Positions 52,860 through 63,621 of a DNA stretch of 64,000 bases are shown piece by piece. Origin of the DNA: an uncultured delta proteobacterium (GTDB lineage Bacteria > Myxococcota > UBA727 > VGSZ01). The position numbers were made by a program, and so were the translations under genes. The DNA lies in contig CAVZJB010000004.1 in the NCBI GenBank assembly GCA_963775425.1, forward strand, positions 96,001 through 160,000, in the 5' to 3' direction. The notes beneath the pieces are model-generated. The model ran no database searches. It had not been told where the DNA came from and saw nothing but the letters and a program-made list of their open reading frames with translations. Position 1 is the first letter of the stretch. Each line of letters begins with the position of its first letter.

Positions 52860-53260
52860 CTCTCGAACACGGCGCGGAGCTCCTCGGTGAGCGGGAGCGA
52901 CTTCTGCGTGTCGAGGTCGATGAAGACGGTGGTGATGCGCGCGGTGAACGACAGTGCGGAGTCGCGCTTGCGCCGGATCTCGTAGCGCATGTCGACGGCG
53001 GAGCGGCCGACCCGGGTGACGGCGAGGGTGACGATGGCGGTGTCGCCGTAGCTGAGGGGCGCGGTGAAGTCCGCCTCGATGTGCACGGTGGGGAAGCCGC
53101 GGCGCTTCTTCTCGATGAGGTCCGGGTACGAAAACGGCGCGGCCGCGTCGAAGAAGTCCTCGAAGGCCGCGTGGCACAGGTGAAGGAAGCGGGGGTAGTA
53201 GACGATGCCGGCGCCGTCGACGTCGTCGAACCGGATCTTCTGCACGCTGGTGTAGGCCAT
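52847..53260 (-). CDS. Acyl-CoA thioesterase (4HBT/YbgC family)
   Basis: IRFDDVDGAGIVYYPRFL, DFTAPLSYGD, VGRSA. Confidence 0.88.
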   Translation of the reverse strand: MAYTSVQKIRFDDVDGAGIVYYPRFLHLCHAAFEDFFDAAAPFSYPDLIEKKRRGFPTVHIEADFTAPLSYGDTAIVTLAVTRVGRSAVDMRYEIRRKRDSALSFTARITTVFIDLDTQKSLPLTEELRAVFESYLG

Positions 53261-53268
53261 GGCGACGG

Positions 53269-54063
53269 CTACTGTGCCAGACTGCTCGGCGGCGGTCGCC
53301 GATGAACTTGTGCGTCGTGCCGACGAGGCCGCGGCGCTGGCCGGGTGAGCGCGAGGCGCGCCTCGACGGCGCGGTGGTCGGACAGCTCCGGTTGGACGTG
53401 GACGCGCGCGCCGCGGGGCTCGAGGCCGCGCACGAAGATCCGATCGAAGCGCTCGCGCTCGCCCGCGCGGTCGTAGGTGGGCGTGACGTCGAAGGGGGCG
53501 ACGGCGTCGACGAGGCCGGCGCGCTCGATGCGCGCGAGGGTCGCCCGGTCCTCGGGGCTGTCGTCGTAGAAGTTGAGGTCGCCGGCGAGCACGGCGGGGG
53601 AGCAGCCCTCGAGCTCGTCGAGGACGACGTCGACCTGCTCGGCGCGGAGCATGGCGTCCTCGCGGGCGGGCCACGCGTGCAGGTGGGTGACGACGACGTG
53701 GATGTCGTCGACGCCGGCGACGACGGCGTGGAGCACGCCCTTGTTCATCACGAGGCGCTCGACGCCGCGGGCGCTGCGGACGAAGGGTCGGTGGAGCGCG
53801 CGCAGGACGCGCAGGTGGGGCGCGACCGCGAGCGCGAGCCCTGTGTTCGGCTCGCCCGGCCCCGGAGCGACGCACCGCGTCCGGGAGGGGAGCACCCGGG
53901 CGAACGGGCGCGGCGTCGGGCGCCAGAGCTCCTGCAGCGCGACGAGGTCCGAGCGCCCCGCGGCCAGCCAGCGGCGGGCCCGCGGGAACCTCAGGCGGCG
54001 CGGCGGCCACGCCCACGGCGGCGGCAACCCCCAGAGGTTCAGCGTGAGGACCGACAGCTCCAC
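53269..54063 (-). CDS. Endonuclease/exonuclease/phosphatase (EEP; sphingomyelinase-like) protein
   Basis: VLTLNLWG, LVALQELW, THLHA, LAGDLN, FDRIF, SDHRAV. Confidence 0.85.
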   Translation of the reverse strand: MELSVLTLNLWGLPPPWAWPPRRLRFPRARRWLAAGRSDLVALQELWRPTPRPFARVLPSRTRCVAPGPGEPNTGLALAVAPHLRVLRALHRPFVRSARGVERLVMNKGVLHAVVAGVDDIHVVVTHLHAWPAREDAMLRAEQVDVVLDELEGCSPAVLAGDLNFYDDSPEDRATLARIERAGLVDAVAPFDVTPTYDRAGERERFDRIFVRGLEPRGARVHVQPELSDHRAVEARLALTRPAPRPRRHDAQVHRRPPPSSLAQ

Positions 54064-54152
54064 GGGGCACACTCTGCCACGCGCGCGCGTGCGAGCACGT
54101 TGCCGTCCGCGCGGTGCGCCACAGAAGTGATCCGCATAGCGGAATAGGGTCA

Positions 54153-54596
54153 GTGCCGGCACGCGCGGTGGTCCCGCCGCCGGTGCGCTGGCACCGAGAC
54201 GTCGAAGCGGAAGATGGAGCGGTGTCGCTGTGGCGACTTCGCAGCGGTGTGGGTGCGCACCGGCGGCGGCGACAACCGCGGGGAGGGGGGATCGCGTTGC
54301 GCCCGTCGGCGTGAGCACAAGCTCGCTCGCGTCGACGCCGTGCAGGGTCGCGCCCGTGACAAGGGCGTGCGCAACAACGAGCTCGACCTGAACCGCGCCG
54401 CGGCCGTGATCAACCTGCAAGAGATCGCCAAGCTCCGCCGCGCGGCGTAGCAGAGCCCGCGCCCGGTCCCGTCGCCGGTGCGCACGAGAGCCCTGCACAT
54501 CGCCACGAAGCCGCCACAGCGACACCGCTCCAAATTCCGCGTCCGGACGTCTCGGTGTCAGCGCACCGGCGACGGGCCTGGCTCGCGTGCCGGCAC
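54153..54596. mobile_element. Degenerate element: two ~115-130 bp self-complementary repeats in inverted orientation flanking an IS1182-like transposase C-terminal remnant
   Basis: Arm 1 (54153-54269) matches the reverse complement of arm 2 (54468-54596); between them EHKLARVDAVQGRARDKGVRNNELDLNRAAAVINLQEIAKLRRAA*. Confidence 0.65.
54313..54450 (+). pseudogene. Transposase C-terminal fragment (IS1182/DDE-like)
   Basis: EH+LA...QG.RARxxGxRxN..DL.RAAA+.NL pattern recalled for IS1182-family C-termini; no start or catalytic body. Confidence 0.6.
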
Positions 54597-54682
54597 GCCC
54601 GCCGCTTCGTGCACATCCACGATGTGCGGGCGGCGCTTCGCGCCGAGTGCTTGGCCGACCCATTTGTTTTTGCGGTTCAACT

Positions 54683-55345
54683 CTAGCGGCGACGCGCGCG
54701 GATCACCGTCGCCCGCCCCCACGAAAATGCCGCGGGCGCGCGCCGCTCGACGTCGAACGCGCCGGCGGGCGGGTCCCACGTGAGGGCGATGACGCGCGTC
54801 CCGGGGGGGAGCGCGGCCAGGCGCTCGCCGAGCGCCGCGCGGACCTCGTCGGGCATGCAGGTCCAGGCAACCCAGACGTGGGTCGCGCCGTCGAGCGGGA
54901 ACGCGCGGGCGTCGCCAATCTCGAGAGCGGCGCCGGCGGCGGCGACGACGGCGCGCGCGGGATCGGCGCGGAGCGGATCGAGCTCGACGCCCCGGGCCTG
55001 CGCGCCGAGGAGCCGGGCCGCGAGCAGGACGGTGCCGCGGCCGGCGCCGAGGTCGACGACGGTGGAGCGGGCGTCGACGCCCGCGGCGCGCAGGACGTCG
55101 ACGGCGGTGGCGAGCGGCGTCTCTCCCCACGTGAGCGCCTCGCGCGGCAAGCCCGCGGCCGCGGCGGCGGCGACGCCGGCGGGGCTCGGCCGGTGCGGCG
55201 GGAGCGCCCGGTCAAGCCGCCACAGCGCGAGGCACGCGCGGCGCACCGCGCGGTGACGCGCGGCGACGGCGAGGTCACGCGCGCGCAGCAGGGGGCGGAC
55301 GGCGAGGCCCCAGCCGACGCCCCGGGCCGTGTCGACGAGGCTCAT
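54683..55345 (-). CDS. Class I SAM-dependent methyltransferase
   Basis: TWGETP, VVDLGAGRG, ARGVELD, IGDA, LPPGTRVI. Confidence 0.7.
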   Translation of the reverse strand: MSLVDTARGVGWGLAVRPLLRARDLAVAARHRAVRRACLALWRLDRALPPHRPSPAGVAAAAAAGLPREALTWGETPLATAVDVLRAAGVDARSTVVDLGAGRGTVLLAARLLGAQARGVELDPLRADPARAVVAAAGAALEIGDARAFPLDGATHVWVAWTCMPDEVRAALGERLAALPPGTRVIALTWDPPAGAFDVERRAPAAFSWGRATVIRARRR

Positions 55346-55361
55346 CGGCCGCGGAGGCGCC

Positions 55362-55793
55362 TCATGCCGCGGGATCGGCGTCGCCGCGCAGCCCGTACAC
55401 GAGGAGCGAGATGGCGGCGAGCATCGCGAGGATCATCACGATGAGGCCGGCGTCGATGACGTTTTCCTGCCACGACGCCGCGTCGTAGCCCGCCCCGGCG
55501 ATCGGCGTGAGCTTCTTGGTGCCCCACGCGGCGCCGAGGAGCGTGAGCGCCCAGTTGGCGTAGGTGCCGAACAGGAGGAGCCACATGGTCGCGGCCCGGA
55601 GGGCGTCGCCGAGCCGGAGCCGCGGCCACAGGAGGCCCACGGCGAGCAGGAACATCCCGTTCAGCAGCCCCTCGAGGTGCCCCGAGAGCGCGAGCCGCGG
55701 GTTGTGGAAGAGCTGCGCGGTGGCGCCGCTCACGATGCCGATGAGGAAGAGCAGCATCCCCGCGAACAAGATCATGCGCGGACGATTGGGCAT
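55362..55793 (-). CDS. Hydroxylaminobenzene mutase (HabB)/styrene-oxide isomerase-like membrane protein
   Basis: NPRLALSGHLEGLLNGMFLLAVGLLWP, GTYANW, four TM helices. Confidence 0.75.
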   Translation of the reverse strand: MPNRPRMILFAGMLLFLIGIVSGATAQLFHNPRLALSGHLEGLLNGMFLLAVGLLWPRLRLGDALRAATMWLLLFGTYANWALTLLGAAWGTKKLTPIAGAGYDAASWQENVIDAGLIVMILAMLAAISLLVYGLRGDADPAA

Positions 55794-55910
55794 GGCGCGC
55801 TCTCGCACGGCGCGGCGCAAAACGAAACGGGCCGACGACGCACGACAAGGGCCGCGATCGTCCACCCTGCGGCGGCCGAGCGCGGCCCTGTCACCGATGC
55901 GAGACGGCGC

Positions 55911-56294
55911 TCAGTCCGAGTCGCCGGAGATCGGCTTCTCCGACCCCACCAGCTCGAGGATCGAGATGGTGGCGTTGTCACCGCGGCGGATTCGCGACTT
56001 GGTGATGCGGGTGTAGCCGCCGTTCCTCGTCTTGAACCGGGGCGCGATGTCGGAGAAGAGCTTCCGGAGCACTTCCTGGTCGCGGATGTCCCGGTGCGCG
56101 AGCCGCCGCGAGTGAAGATCGCCGGCCTTTGCCAGCGTGATCAGCTTCTCGGCGACGATGCGCAGCTCCTTGGCCTTCTGGTCGGTGGTCTCGATGCGCT
56201 CGTGACGGAACAGCGACGTGGCCATGTTGCGAAACATCGCCTGCCGGTGCGCCGACGTGCGCGAGAACTTACGACCTGCTTTCAAATGACGCAT
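55911..56294 (-). CDS. rplQ: 50S ribosomal protein L17
   Basis: [31 protein letters not shown]. Confidence 0.98.
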   Translation of the reverse strand: MRHLKAGRKFSRTSAHRQAMFRNMATSLFRHERIETTDQKAKELRIVAEKLITLAKAGDLHSRRLAHRDIRDQEVLRKLFSDIAPRFKTRNGGYTRITKSRIRRGDNATISILELVGSEKPISGDSD

Positions 56295-56319
56295 GGGGTG
56301 GTCCTTACAAAGGAGAGGT

Positions 56320-57411
<1,092 letters not shown>

Positions 57412-57502
57412 CTTGCTTCTTGCCTTTCGAGCAGCCCCCTCGGAACACCCCGGCCGCATGCCGGTGAGCCCCATGGGGACGACAGGAGAACGGTTCTAAC
57501 GA

Positions 57503-57886
57503 CTAGACGCGGCGCCGCTTGGGCGGCCGGCAGCCGTTGTGCGGGATGGGGGTGACGTCGCGGATGAGGGTGACCTTGAGGCCGCTGTTGGCGATGGCGC
57601 GCAGGGCGCTCTCACGACCGGCGCCGGGGCCCTTCACGCGGACCTCGACGGCCTTCATGCCGTGATCCATGGCCTTGCGGCAGGCGTCCTCGGCGGCCAC
57701 CTGCGCGGCGAACGGCGTGGACTTGCGCGAGCCCTTGAAGCCGCGGGCGCCACAGGTCGACCACGACACCGTGCCGCCCGTGGGATCGGTGATGGTGACG
57801 ACGGTGTTGTTGAAGGAGGCGAACACGTGCGCGACGCCGATGGCGACGTTCTTCTTGACGCGCTTTTTGCCCTTGGGAGTTGCCAT
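57503..57886 (-). CDS. rpsK: 30S ribosomal protein S11
   Basis: [35 protein letters not shown]. Confidence 0.98.
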   Translation of the reverse strand: MATPKGKKRVKKNVAIGVAHVFASFNNTVVTITDPTGGTVSWSTCGARGFKGSRKSTPFAAQVAAEDACRKAMDHGMKAVEVRVKGPGAGRESALRAIANSGLKVTLIRDVTPIPHNGCRPPKRRRV

Positions 57887-57932
57887 ATGAGGAGCTCTTC
57901 TTTTTCAGCGAGGGAAAGGGATGGCGACGGTG

Positions 57933-57983
57933 GCGGTTCGTGAAGCGGTTCGTCGTGACGCGGTTCGCGAAGCGGTTCGCGAA
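57933..57983. repeat. Four imperfect ~12-bp tandem repeats gcggttcg(c/t)gaa
   Basis: gcggttcgtgaa gcggttcgtcgtgac gcggttcgcgaa gcggttcgcgaa. Confidence 0.85.
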
Positions 57984-58007
57984 GCGGGGGACAAGCCCCC
58001 GCCCTAC
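57984..58007 (-). repeat. GTAG-type REP-like hairpin overlapping the rpsM stop codon
   Basis: Minus strand GTAG-G-GCGGGGG-CTTGT-CCCCCGC. Confidence 0.6.
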
Positions 58008-58384
58008 TTGCCGGCCGAGGGGGCCTTGCGGGCGACGCTCTTGCGCGGACCCTTGCGGGTGCGGGCGTTGGTGTGCGTGCGCTGGCCGCGGACCGGGAGG
58101 CCCTTCCTGTGCCGCAGGCCGCGGTAGCAGCCGAGGTCCATCAGGCGCTTGATGTTGAGCGCCACCTCGCGGCGCAGATCGCCTTCGACCTTGTTGGCGG
58201 ACTCGAGGACGTCACGGATGCGCGCCACCTCGTCCTCGCCGAGGTCGTCGGAGCGCTTGTTGGGGTCGACGTTCGCCTTGCTCAACACGCGCTGCGACGT
58301 CACCGGCCCGATGCCGTAGAGGTACGTGAGAGCCACGCCCATCTTCTTGTTGCGGGGAAGGTCGACACCAGAGATTCGAGCCAC
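58004..58384 (-). CDS. rpsM: 30S ribosomal protein S13
   Basis: [45 protein letters not shown]. Confidence 0.98.
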   Translation of the reverse strand: MARISGVDLPRNKKMGVALTYLYGIGPVTSQRVLSKANVDPNKRSDDLGEDEVARIRDVLESANKVEGDLRREVALNIKRLMDLGCYRGLRHRKGLPVRGQRTHTNARTRKGPRKSVARKAPSAGK

Positions 58385-58587
58385 GATCAGCCTCCAGAAA
58401 CCAACTGCGACCGGGGAAGCGGCCGCTTGAGTGCTTTGCGGAGAATGAACGCACGCCGCTCGAAGAGCGGGACGACCCCCTCGGGGTCCGTGCGCTCCAC
58501 CGCTCCCCGAAGGGAGCGATCTCTTCGCGCACCGCCGGCGGTTGTCTCTCCGCCGGCGGACATGAAACATCCGAGGTCAGCCCGCCA

Positions 58588-58701
58588 TCATCCCTGCCGC
58601 TGCTTGTGGCGGGTGTTGGAGCAGATCACGCGCACGATTCCCTTGCGCTTCACGATCTTGCACTTGTCGCAAATGGTCTTTACCGACGCGCGCACCTTCA
58701 T
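58588..58701 (-). CDS. rpmJ: 50S ribosomal protein L36 (zinc-ribbon form)
   Basis: [37 protein letters not shown]. Confidence 0.97.
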   Translation of the reverse strand: MKVRASVKTICDKCKIVKRKGIVRVICSNTRHKQRQG

Positions 58702-58894
58702 GACCGACCTCAGCCGCCTCTCGGCGGGTTGACGACGGGGCCTGCGTAGCAGCCGGTCCGTGTGGTGACAAGTGGTCTTTGTCGGGGTCCCTCCGAAAGA
58801 CGGCCGACGTCGGGGGCGCTCCCGGGCGTCGGTCGAACGCCCCAACGGGCCGTCCGGGGCGGGCCCCGGGGCGGATACTCCCCCCGAGGTGCGG

Positions 58895-60736
58895 ATGGGA
58901 GTGCTCGGGGCGCTGCGTGAGGAGAGCCGGCTTCGCTGGGACGCGAACCTTCGCGCGGGCCAGTGGATCGCGGTGGCCTGCGCGCTGTTCTCGGTGCCCT
59001 GCGGCGACGTCCGCACCATCCTGGCGTCGTTTTCGATGGCGGCGGTGGCGTTCACCTGGTTCACCATGGCGCGGCGCACGCACGGCAGGGCCCGCGCCGT
59101 CGCCACCGCCGTCACCCCGGGCTTCGCGCTGCTCCTCGGCCCCGCCGCCACCGTGCTGCTCGCGCGCGTGAACGCCGACATGGCCTACACGCAGTGGTTC
59201 ACCCCGCTGATCAGCATCTTCGTGATGGCGCTCTCGGTGCAGCGCCTCGAGCCGTGGCGTCCCGCGGTCTACGGCGCCGTCGCCGGCGCGCTCTACATCC
59301 TCGGCTACGACGCTTCGACGTGGGACATGGCCGCCACGCACCGCGTGGGCTTCGCGCTGCGCCCGACCACGCAGATCGTGCGCACCCTGCTCTTCCTCGG
59401 CGCCGGCGGCGCCTTCTCGATGCTCACGCACTCGCTGCGCCGCTCCCTCGTCCGCGCCGACGAGCGCTCGCGCGATCGCGAGTTCTCGTCGCGCTACCGG
59501 CTCGGCCGGCCCATCGCGAGCGGCGGGATGGCGTCGGTGGTGCACGCGACCTACTGCGCCGCCGGCGGCTTCGCGCGGCCCGTGGCGCTCAAGCGGCTGC
59601 ACCCGAACCTCGCCAAGGACCCGCGCGTCGTCGACACGTTCCGCGCCGAGGCCGAGCTCGGCGCGCGCCTGATGCACGCGAACATCGTCCCCGTGCTCGA
59701 CTTCGGCCGTGTGCACGACAGCTATTACCTCGCGATGGAGTACGTCGCGGGCACCGACCTGCGCGCGCTCCTCACGCGGCTGCGCCGCGAGGAGACGAAG
59801 CTGCCGCCGCGCCTGGCGGCGCTCATCGCCTTCGAGGTGCTGCAGGGTCTGTCGTTCGCGCACACCGGCGCCCGCGACGCGCAGGGCCGGTTGCTGCGCG
59901 TGGTGCACCGCGACCTCTCGCCGGGCAACGTCCTGATCTCGACGACGGGGCAGGTGAAGATCTCGGACTTCGGCATCGCGTGCGCGCTGCGCGAGGCCGA
60001 GCAGCACCGCGCGCGCCACGTCGCCGGCAGCATGGCGTACCTCGCGCCCGAGCAGGTGCGCAAAGACGGCTTCGACGCGCGCGCCGACCTCTTCGCCGTC
60101 GGCGTGCTCCTCTGGGAGATGCTCACGTGCGAGCGCCTGTTCAAGCGCGACAGCACCGCCGCCACGCTGCGCGCCGTCGTCGACGGTGAGGTGCCGCCGG
60201 TGGCCGGCGTGTCGTCGGCGTGGGACGCGCTGTTGGCGCGCGCGCTCGCGCAGAGGCCCGAGCGCCGCTTCGAGAGCGCGGCTGCGATGGCGGACGCCAT
60301 CGCCGAGCTCCTGCGCGCCGAAGGCGAAGCGTTGCCGCGCCCGGAGGAGCTGGCGGCGTTCCTGGCGTCCCCCGCGTCCTTGGTGCGCTCCTCGAGCCGC
60401 GATCGCCCCCCGAGCCGGTCCCGCACCCCGAGCCGCCCTTCGGAGCGCCTGCGCCGCAAGGTCGCGGAGGCGGCGCCGGCGCCGGCGCTCGAGCCCACGC
60501 AGGAGGCCACGCCGCCGACGGGCTCGCGGCCCCGCCGCCGCTGGCGCGTGGTGCGCAACGAGGAGCCGCCGCTGCGGGCCGCGCCCGAGCCGCATCGGCT
60601 GCCGCCGACGCACCGCGACGACGACGACGGGTACGGCATCGGCTCCCTCTCGACGGAGATCGAGGTCCACCTGCCCACGCCGCTGCCGGCGCACGCGACC
60701 GCGGGCCGGGGTCGCCGCCGCCGCGCCCGCCGCTGA
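58895..60736 (+). CDS. Membrane-anchored Ser/Thr protein kinase
   Basis: N-terminal TM helices; [36 protein letters not shown]; start approximate. Confidence 0.9.
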   Translation: MGVLGALREESRLRWDANLRAGQWIAVACALFSVPCGDVRTILASFSMAAVAFTWFTMARRTHGRARAVATAVTPGFALLLGPAATVLLARVNADMAYTQWFTPLISIFVMALSVQRLEPWRPAVYGAVAGALYILGYDASTWDMAATHRVGFALRPTTQIVRTLLFLGAGGAFSMLTHSLRRSLVRADERSRDREFSSRYRLGRPIASGGMASVVHATYCAAGGFARPVALKRLHPNLAKDPRVVDTFRAEAELGARLMHANIVPVLDFGRVHDSYYLAMEYVAGTDLRALLTRLRREETKLPPRLAALIAFEVLQGLSFAHTGARDAQGRLLRVVHRDLSPGNVLISTTGQVKISDFGIACALREAEQHRARHVAGSMAYLAPEQVRKDGFDARADLFAVGVLLWEMLTCERLFKRDSTAATLRAVVDGEVPPVAGVSSAWDALLARALAQRPERRFESAAAMADAIAELLRAEGEALPRPEELAAFLASPASLVRSSSRDRPPSRSRTPSRPSERLRRKVAEAAPAPALEPTQEATPPTGSRPRRRWRVVRNEEPPLRAAPEPHRLPPTHRDDDDGYGIGSLSTEIEVHLPTPLPAHATAGRGRRRRARR

Positions 60737-60778
60737 GCGCGATGTGCGCCCAGGGTTGGACTTCGAGGCGACGCGGGG

Positions 60779-61426
60779 TCAGGACAGGTCGAGCACGCGC
60801 AGGACCGCGGCGAAGACCTCGTCGGGGCTCCTGGTGCCGTCGACGTGCTTCAGGATGCCGCGCGGGCCGTAGAGCTCCTTGAGCGGCGCGGTGTCCCGGT
60901 GGAACTTGGCGAGGCGCTCGCGCACGGCGGTCTCGTTGTCGTCGCCGCGCTGGACGAGGTCGCTGCCGCAGGCGTCGCACTTGCCGGCGACCTTGGGCGG
61001 CTTGGTGCTCACATGGTAGACGCTGCCGTCCGCGGGGCACGAGCGGCGACCGGCGACGCGCCCGACGATGACGTCGTCGGGGACGTCGATGCCGACGACG
61101 ACGTCGATCTTCTGGCCCTTGGCCTCGAGCATCTTGTCGAGGGCCTCACCCTGAGGAATGGTGCGCGGGAAGCCGTCGAGCATGAAGCCGTCTTTGCTGT
61201 CGGGCTTCTCGATGCGCGAGGCGATCATCCCGATGACGATGTCGTCGGAGACGAGGCCACCCTTGTCCATGATCTCGGCGGCTCTCCGGCCGAGCTCCGA
61301 GCCCGCCGCGCGCTCCGCGCGCAGCATGTCGCCCGTGGAGAGCTGAGGGATCTTCAGCTTCTCCTCGAGGCGCTTGGCCTGGGTTCCCTTGCCCGCCCCG
61401 GGGGGCCCGAACAGGATCATCCTCAT
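60779..61426 (-). CDS. adk: Adenylate kinase
   Basis: LFGPPGAGKGTQA, STGDMLR, LDGFPRT. Confidence 0.97.
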   Translation of the reverse strand: MRMILFGPPGAGKGTQAKRLEEKLKIPQLSTGDMLRAERAAGSELGRRAAEIMDKGGLVSDDIVIGMIASRIEKPDSKDGFMLDGFPRTIPQGEALDKMLEAKGQKIDVVVGIDVPDDVIVGRVAGRRSCPADGSVYHVSTKPPKVAGKCDACGSDLVQRGDDNETAVRERLAKFHRDTAPLKELYGPRGILKHVDGTRSPDEVFAAVLRVLDLS

Positions 61427-61468
61427 GGCGATGGCGATGCCCCGCATTGCCGTCCGGGGGAAGGGGGG

Positions 61469-61584
61469 ATTTCCCGAAGCACTTCCCGAAGCCCCAGTTC
61501 CCGAAGCCCCACTTCCCGAAGCCCCACTTCCCGAAGCCCCACTTCCCGAAGCCCCACTTCCCGAAGCCCCACTTCCCGAAGCCC
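61469..61584. repeat. 15-bp tandem repeat acttcccgaagcccc, ~7 copies plus a 12-bp partial, in the secY-adk spacer
   Basis: Seen directly; each unit contains the dyad CTTC-cc-GAAG (one unit has GTTC). Confidence 0.95.
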
Positions 61585-61601
61585 AGCCCCGGACCGTGTG
61601 C

Positions 61602-62990
61602 TCAGCCGGCCGTGACGAGGTCGGCGTTCTGCGTCTGCGTCGAGCCGCTCGTGCGCGCGCGGCCGCGGATGCGTGGGCCGCTCGGGCCCGCGAAGCCGTC
61701 GTAGTGCCGCGTGATCAGGTGACCCTCGATCTGTTGCGCCGTATCGAGGGCGACGCCGACGACGATGAGGAGGCCGGTGCCGCCGAAGTAGAACGGCACG
61801 CGGTTGGACACCGAGGACTGGATGATGGTCGGCAGCAAGCACACCGCGGCCAGATAGAGGGCGCCGGCGAAGGTGATGCGGGTGAGCACGCTGTCGATGT
61901 ATTCGGCGGTTTCCCGCCCGGGTCTGACGCCTGGTACGAAGCCGCCGAATTTCTTCAAGTTGTCGGCGACGTCGACCGGGTTGAAGACCATGGATGTGTA
62001 GAAGAACGAGAAGAACACGATGAGCAGCACGTACAGGGACATGTACTGCCACGTCCCCGGCTGCAGCGCGTGCTGGACAGGGATCATCCATTCGGCGTTG
62101 ATGAAGCTCGCCAAGGTGGCTGGGAACATCAGCAGCGACGACGCGAAGATGGGCGGGATGACGCCGGAGGTGTTCACCTTCAAAGGCAGGTGCGTGGCCT
62201 GGCCTCCGTACTGTTTGTTGCCGACGATGCGTTTGGCGTACTGCACAGGGATGCGGCGCTGGCCGCGCTCCATGAACACGATGGCGGCGACGACGACGAA
62301 GACGACGGCGACGAGGACGATCATCTCGGTGGGGCGGTAGGTGCCTTCCTTCACGCCCTCGGCGGTGGAGTAGATGGCGGTGGGGAGGCGGGAGACGATG
62401 CCGGCGAAGATGATGACGCTGGTGCCGTTGCCGATGCCCTTTTCCTGGATGCGCTCGCCGAGCCACATGATGAAGCTCGTGCCGGTGGTCAGGGTGATGA
62501 TGGTCATGGCCACGAAGGCGTAGCCGTGCCACGCCGTGGCCCAGTCCGCGCTCACCACGCTGGTGCCGTTGCTGTTGATGCCCTTGAGCCAGTTCGAGAG
62601 CATCACGCCCTGGACGACGGAGACGATCACGCAGCCGTAGCGCGTGTACTGGTTGATCTTCCGGCGGCCCTGCTCGCCTTCCTTGTTCAGGCGCTCGAGC
62701 GAGGGGACCACCACCGTCATGAGCTGCATGATGATGGAGGCGGTGACGTACGGCATGATGCCGAGCGCGAAGACGCTGAGCTGGTTGAGGGCGCCGCCCG
62801 AGAAGAAGTTGAAGAGGCCGAGGAAGCCGCCCTTCGACTGCGTCTTCAGGTACTCCTGCATGACGCCGCGGTCCACGCCGGGGGTGGAGACGAAGATGCC
62901 CACCCGGTACACGGCGAGAAGCGCGAGCGTGTAGACGATCCGCTTCCGGAGCTCCGGGATGCGGAACATGTTGAACAAGCCTGACGCCAT
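61602..62990 (-). CDS. secY: Preprotein translocase SecY
   Basis: [58 protein letters not shown]. Confidence 0.98.
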   Translation of the reverse strand: MASGLFNMFRIPELRKRIVYTLALLAVYRVGIFVSTPGVDRGVMQEYLKTQSKGGFLGLFNFFSGGALNQLSVFALGIMPYVTASIIMQLMTVVVPSLERLNKEGEQGRRKINQYTRYGCVIVSVVQGVMLSNWLKGINSNGTSVVSADWATAWHGYAFVAMTIITLTTGTSFIMWLGERIQEKGIGNGTSVIIFAGIVSRLPTAIYSTAEGVKEGTYRPTEMIVLVAVVFVVVAAIVFMERGQRRIPVQYAKRIVGNKQYGGQATHLPLKVNTSGVIPPIFASSLLMFPATLASFINAEWMIPVQHALQPGTWQYMSLYVLLIVFFSFFYTSMVFNPVDVADNLKKFGGFVPGVRPGRETAEYIDSVLTRITFAGALYLAAVCLLPTIIQSSVSNRVPFYFGGTGLLIVVGVALDTAQQIEGHLITRHYDGFAGPSGPRIRGRARTSGSTQTQNADLVTAG

Positions 62991-63116
62991 CGGAGCTCCT
63001 CTTCGCGTTACGGACTAGGCGCCGTCGAGCGTAGCGACAACCCCCGTCGGCGCCAATGTCGACGCTTCAGGGGCAGCCGCGAGCCCGCCCGCGGCGCCAT
63101 GCTGCGCCGCCCGACG

Positions 63117-63617
63117 TCAGCCTGCGGCGGGCGCGGCGGCGGCGGGCTCGGCCCCGACGATCTCGACGGTGCCGCCCTTGGCCTCGATCTTCGAGCGCGC
63201 GGACGCCGAGATCGCGTGGACCTTGACCGACAGCTTGTGCGCGAGCTCGCCGGTGCCGAGGACCTTCACGCGATCCGACGGATGGGCGAGGCCCATGCCG
63301 ACGAGCGCGGCGTGATCCACCACGGCGTCGGCCGGAAAGCGCTCCGAGAGGCGGTCGAGGTTGACGACGGCGTACTCGACGCGGAAGCCGTAGTTCCTGA
63401 AGCCGCGCTTGGGCAGGCGGCGGGACAGCGGGAGCTGCCCACCCTCGAAGCCGGGGCGAACGTTGCCGCTCTTGGTCTTCTTCTGGCCCTTGTGGCCGCG
63501 CGCCGCGGTCTTGCCGTGGCCGGTGGCCCGCCCACGCCCCAGCCGCTTCTTGCGGTGACGGGCGCCGATGGGCGAAGGCAGGTTGTGCAAGCCGGTCGTG
63601 GTCGTCTCGGTGGTCAT
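63117..63617 (-). CDS. rplO: 50S ribosomal protein L15
   Basis: RLGRG...GKTAARGHKGQK, GFEGGQLPL, KIEAKGG. Confidence 0.97.
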   Translation of the reverse strand: MTTETTTTGLHNLPSPIGARHRKKRLGRGRATGHGKTAARGHKGQKKTKSGNVRPGFEGGQLPLSRRLPKRGFRNYGFRVEYAVVNLDRLSERFPADAVVDHAALVGMGLAHPSDRVKVLGTGELAHKLSVKVHAISASARSKIEAKGGTVEIVGAEPAAAAPAAG

Positions 63618-63621
63618 CGCG

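Noticed and set aside
54153-54596. Possible integron attC sites or tRNAs
   Set aside because: No RYYYAAC/GTTRRRY core boxes, no integrase, no T-loop GTTCRA or tRNA-sized cloverleaf
61469-61584. Possible CRISPR array
   Set aside because: Units are contiguous 15-mers with no unique spacers, and no cas genes are present
61423-61704. Short ORFs with PKPHF / EVGLR repeats
   Set aside because: Translations of the intergenic 15-bp repeat overlapping secY and adk; no independent coding evidence
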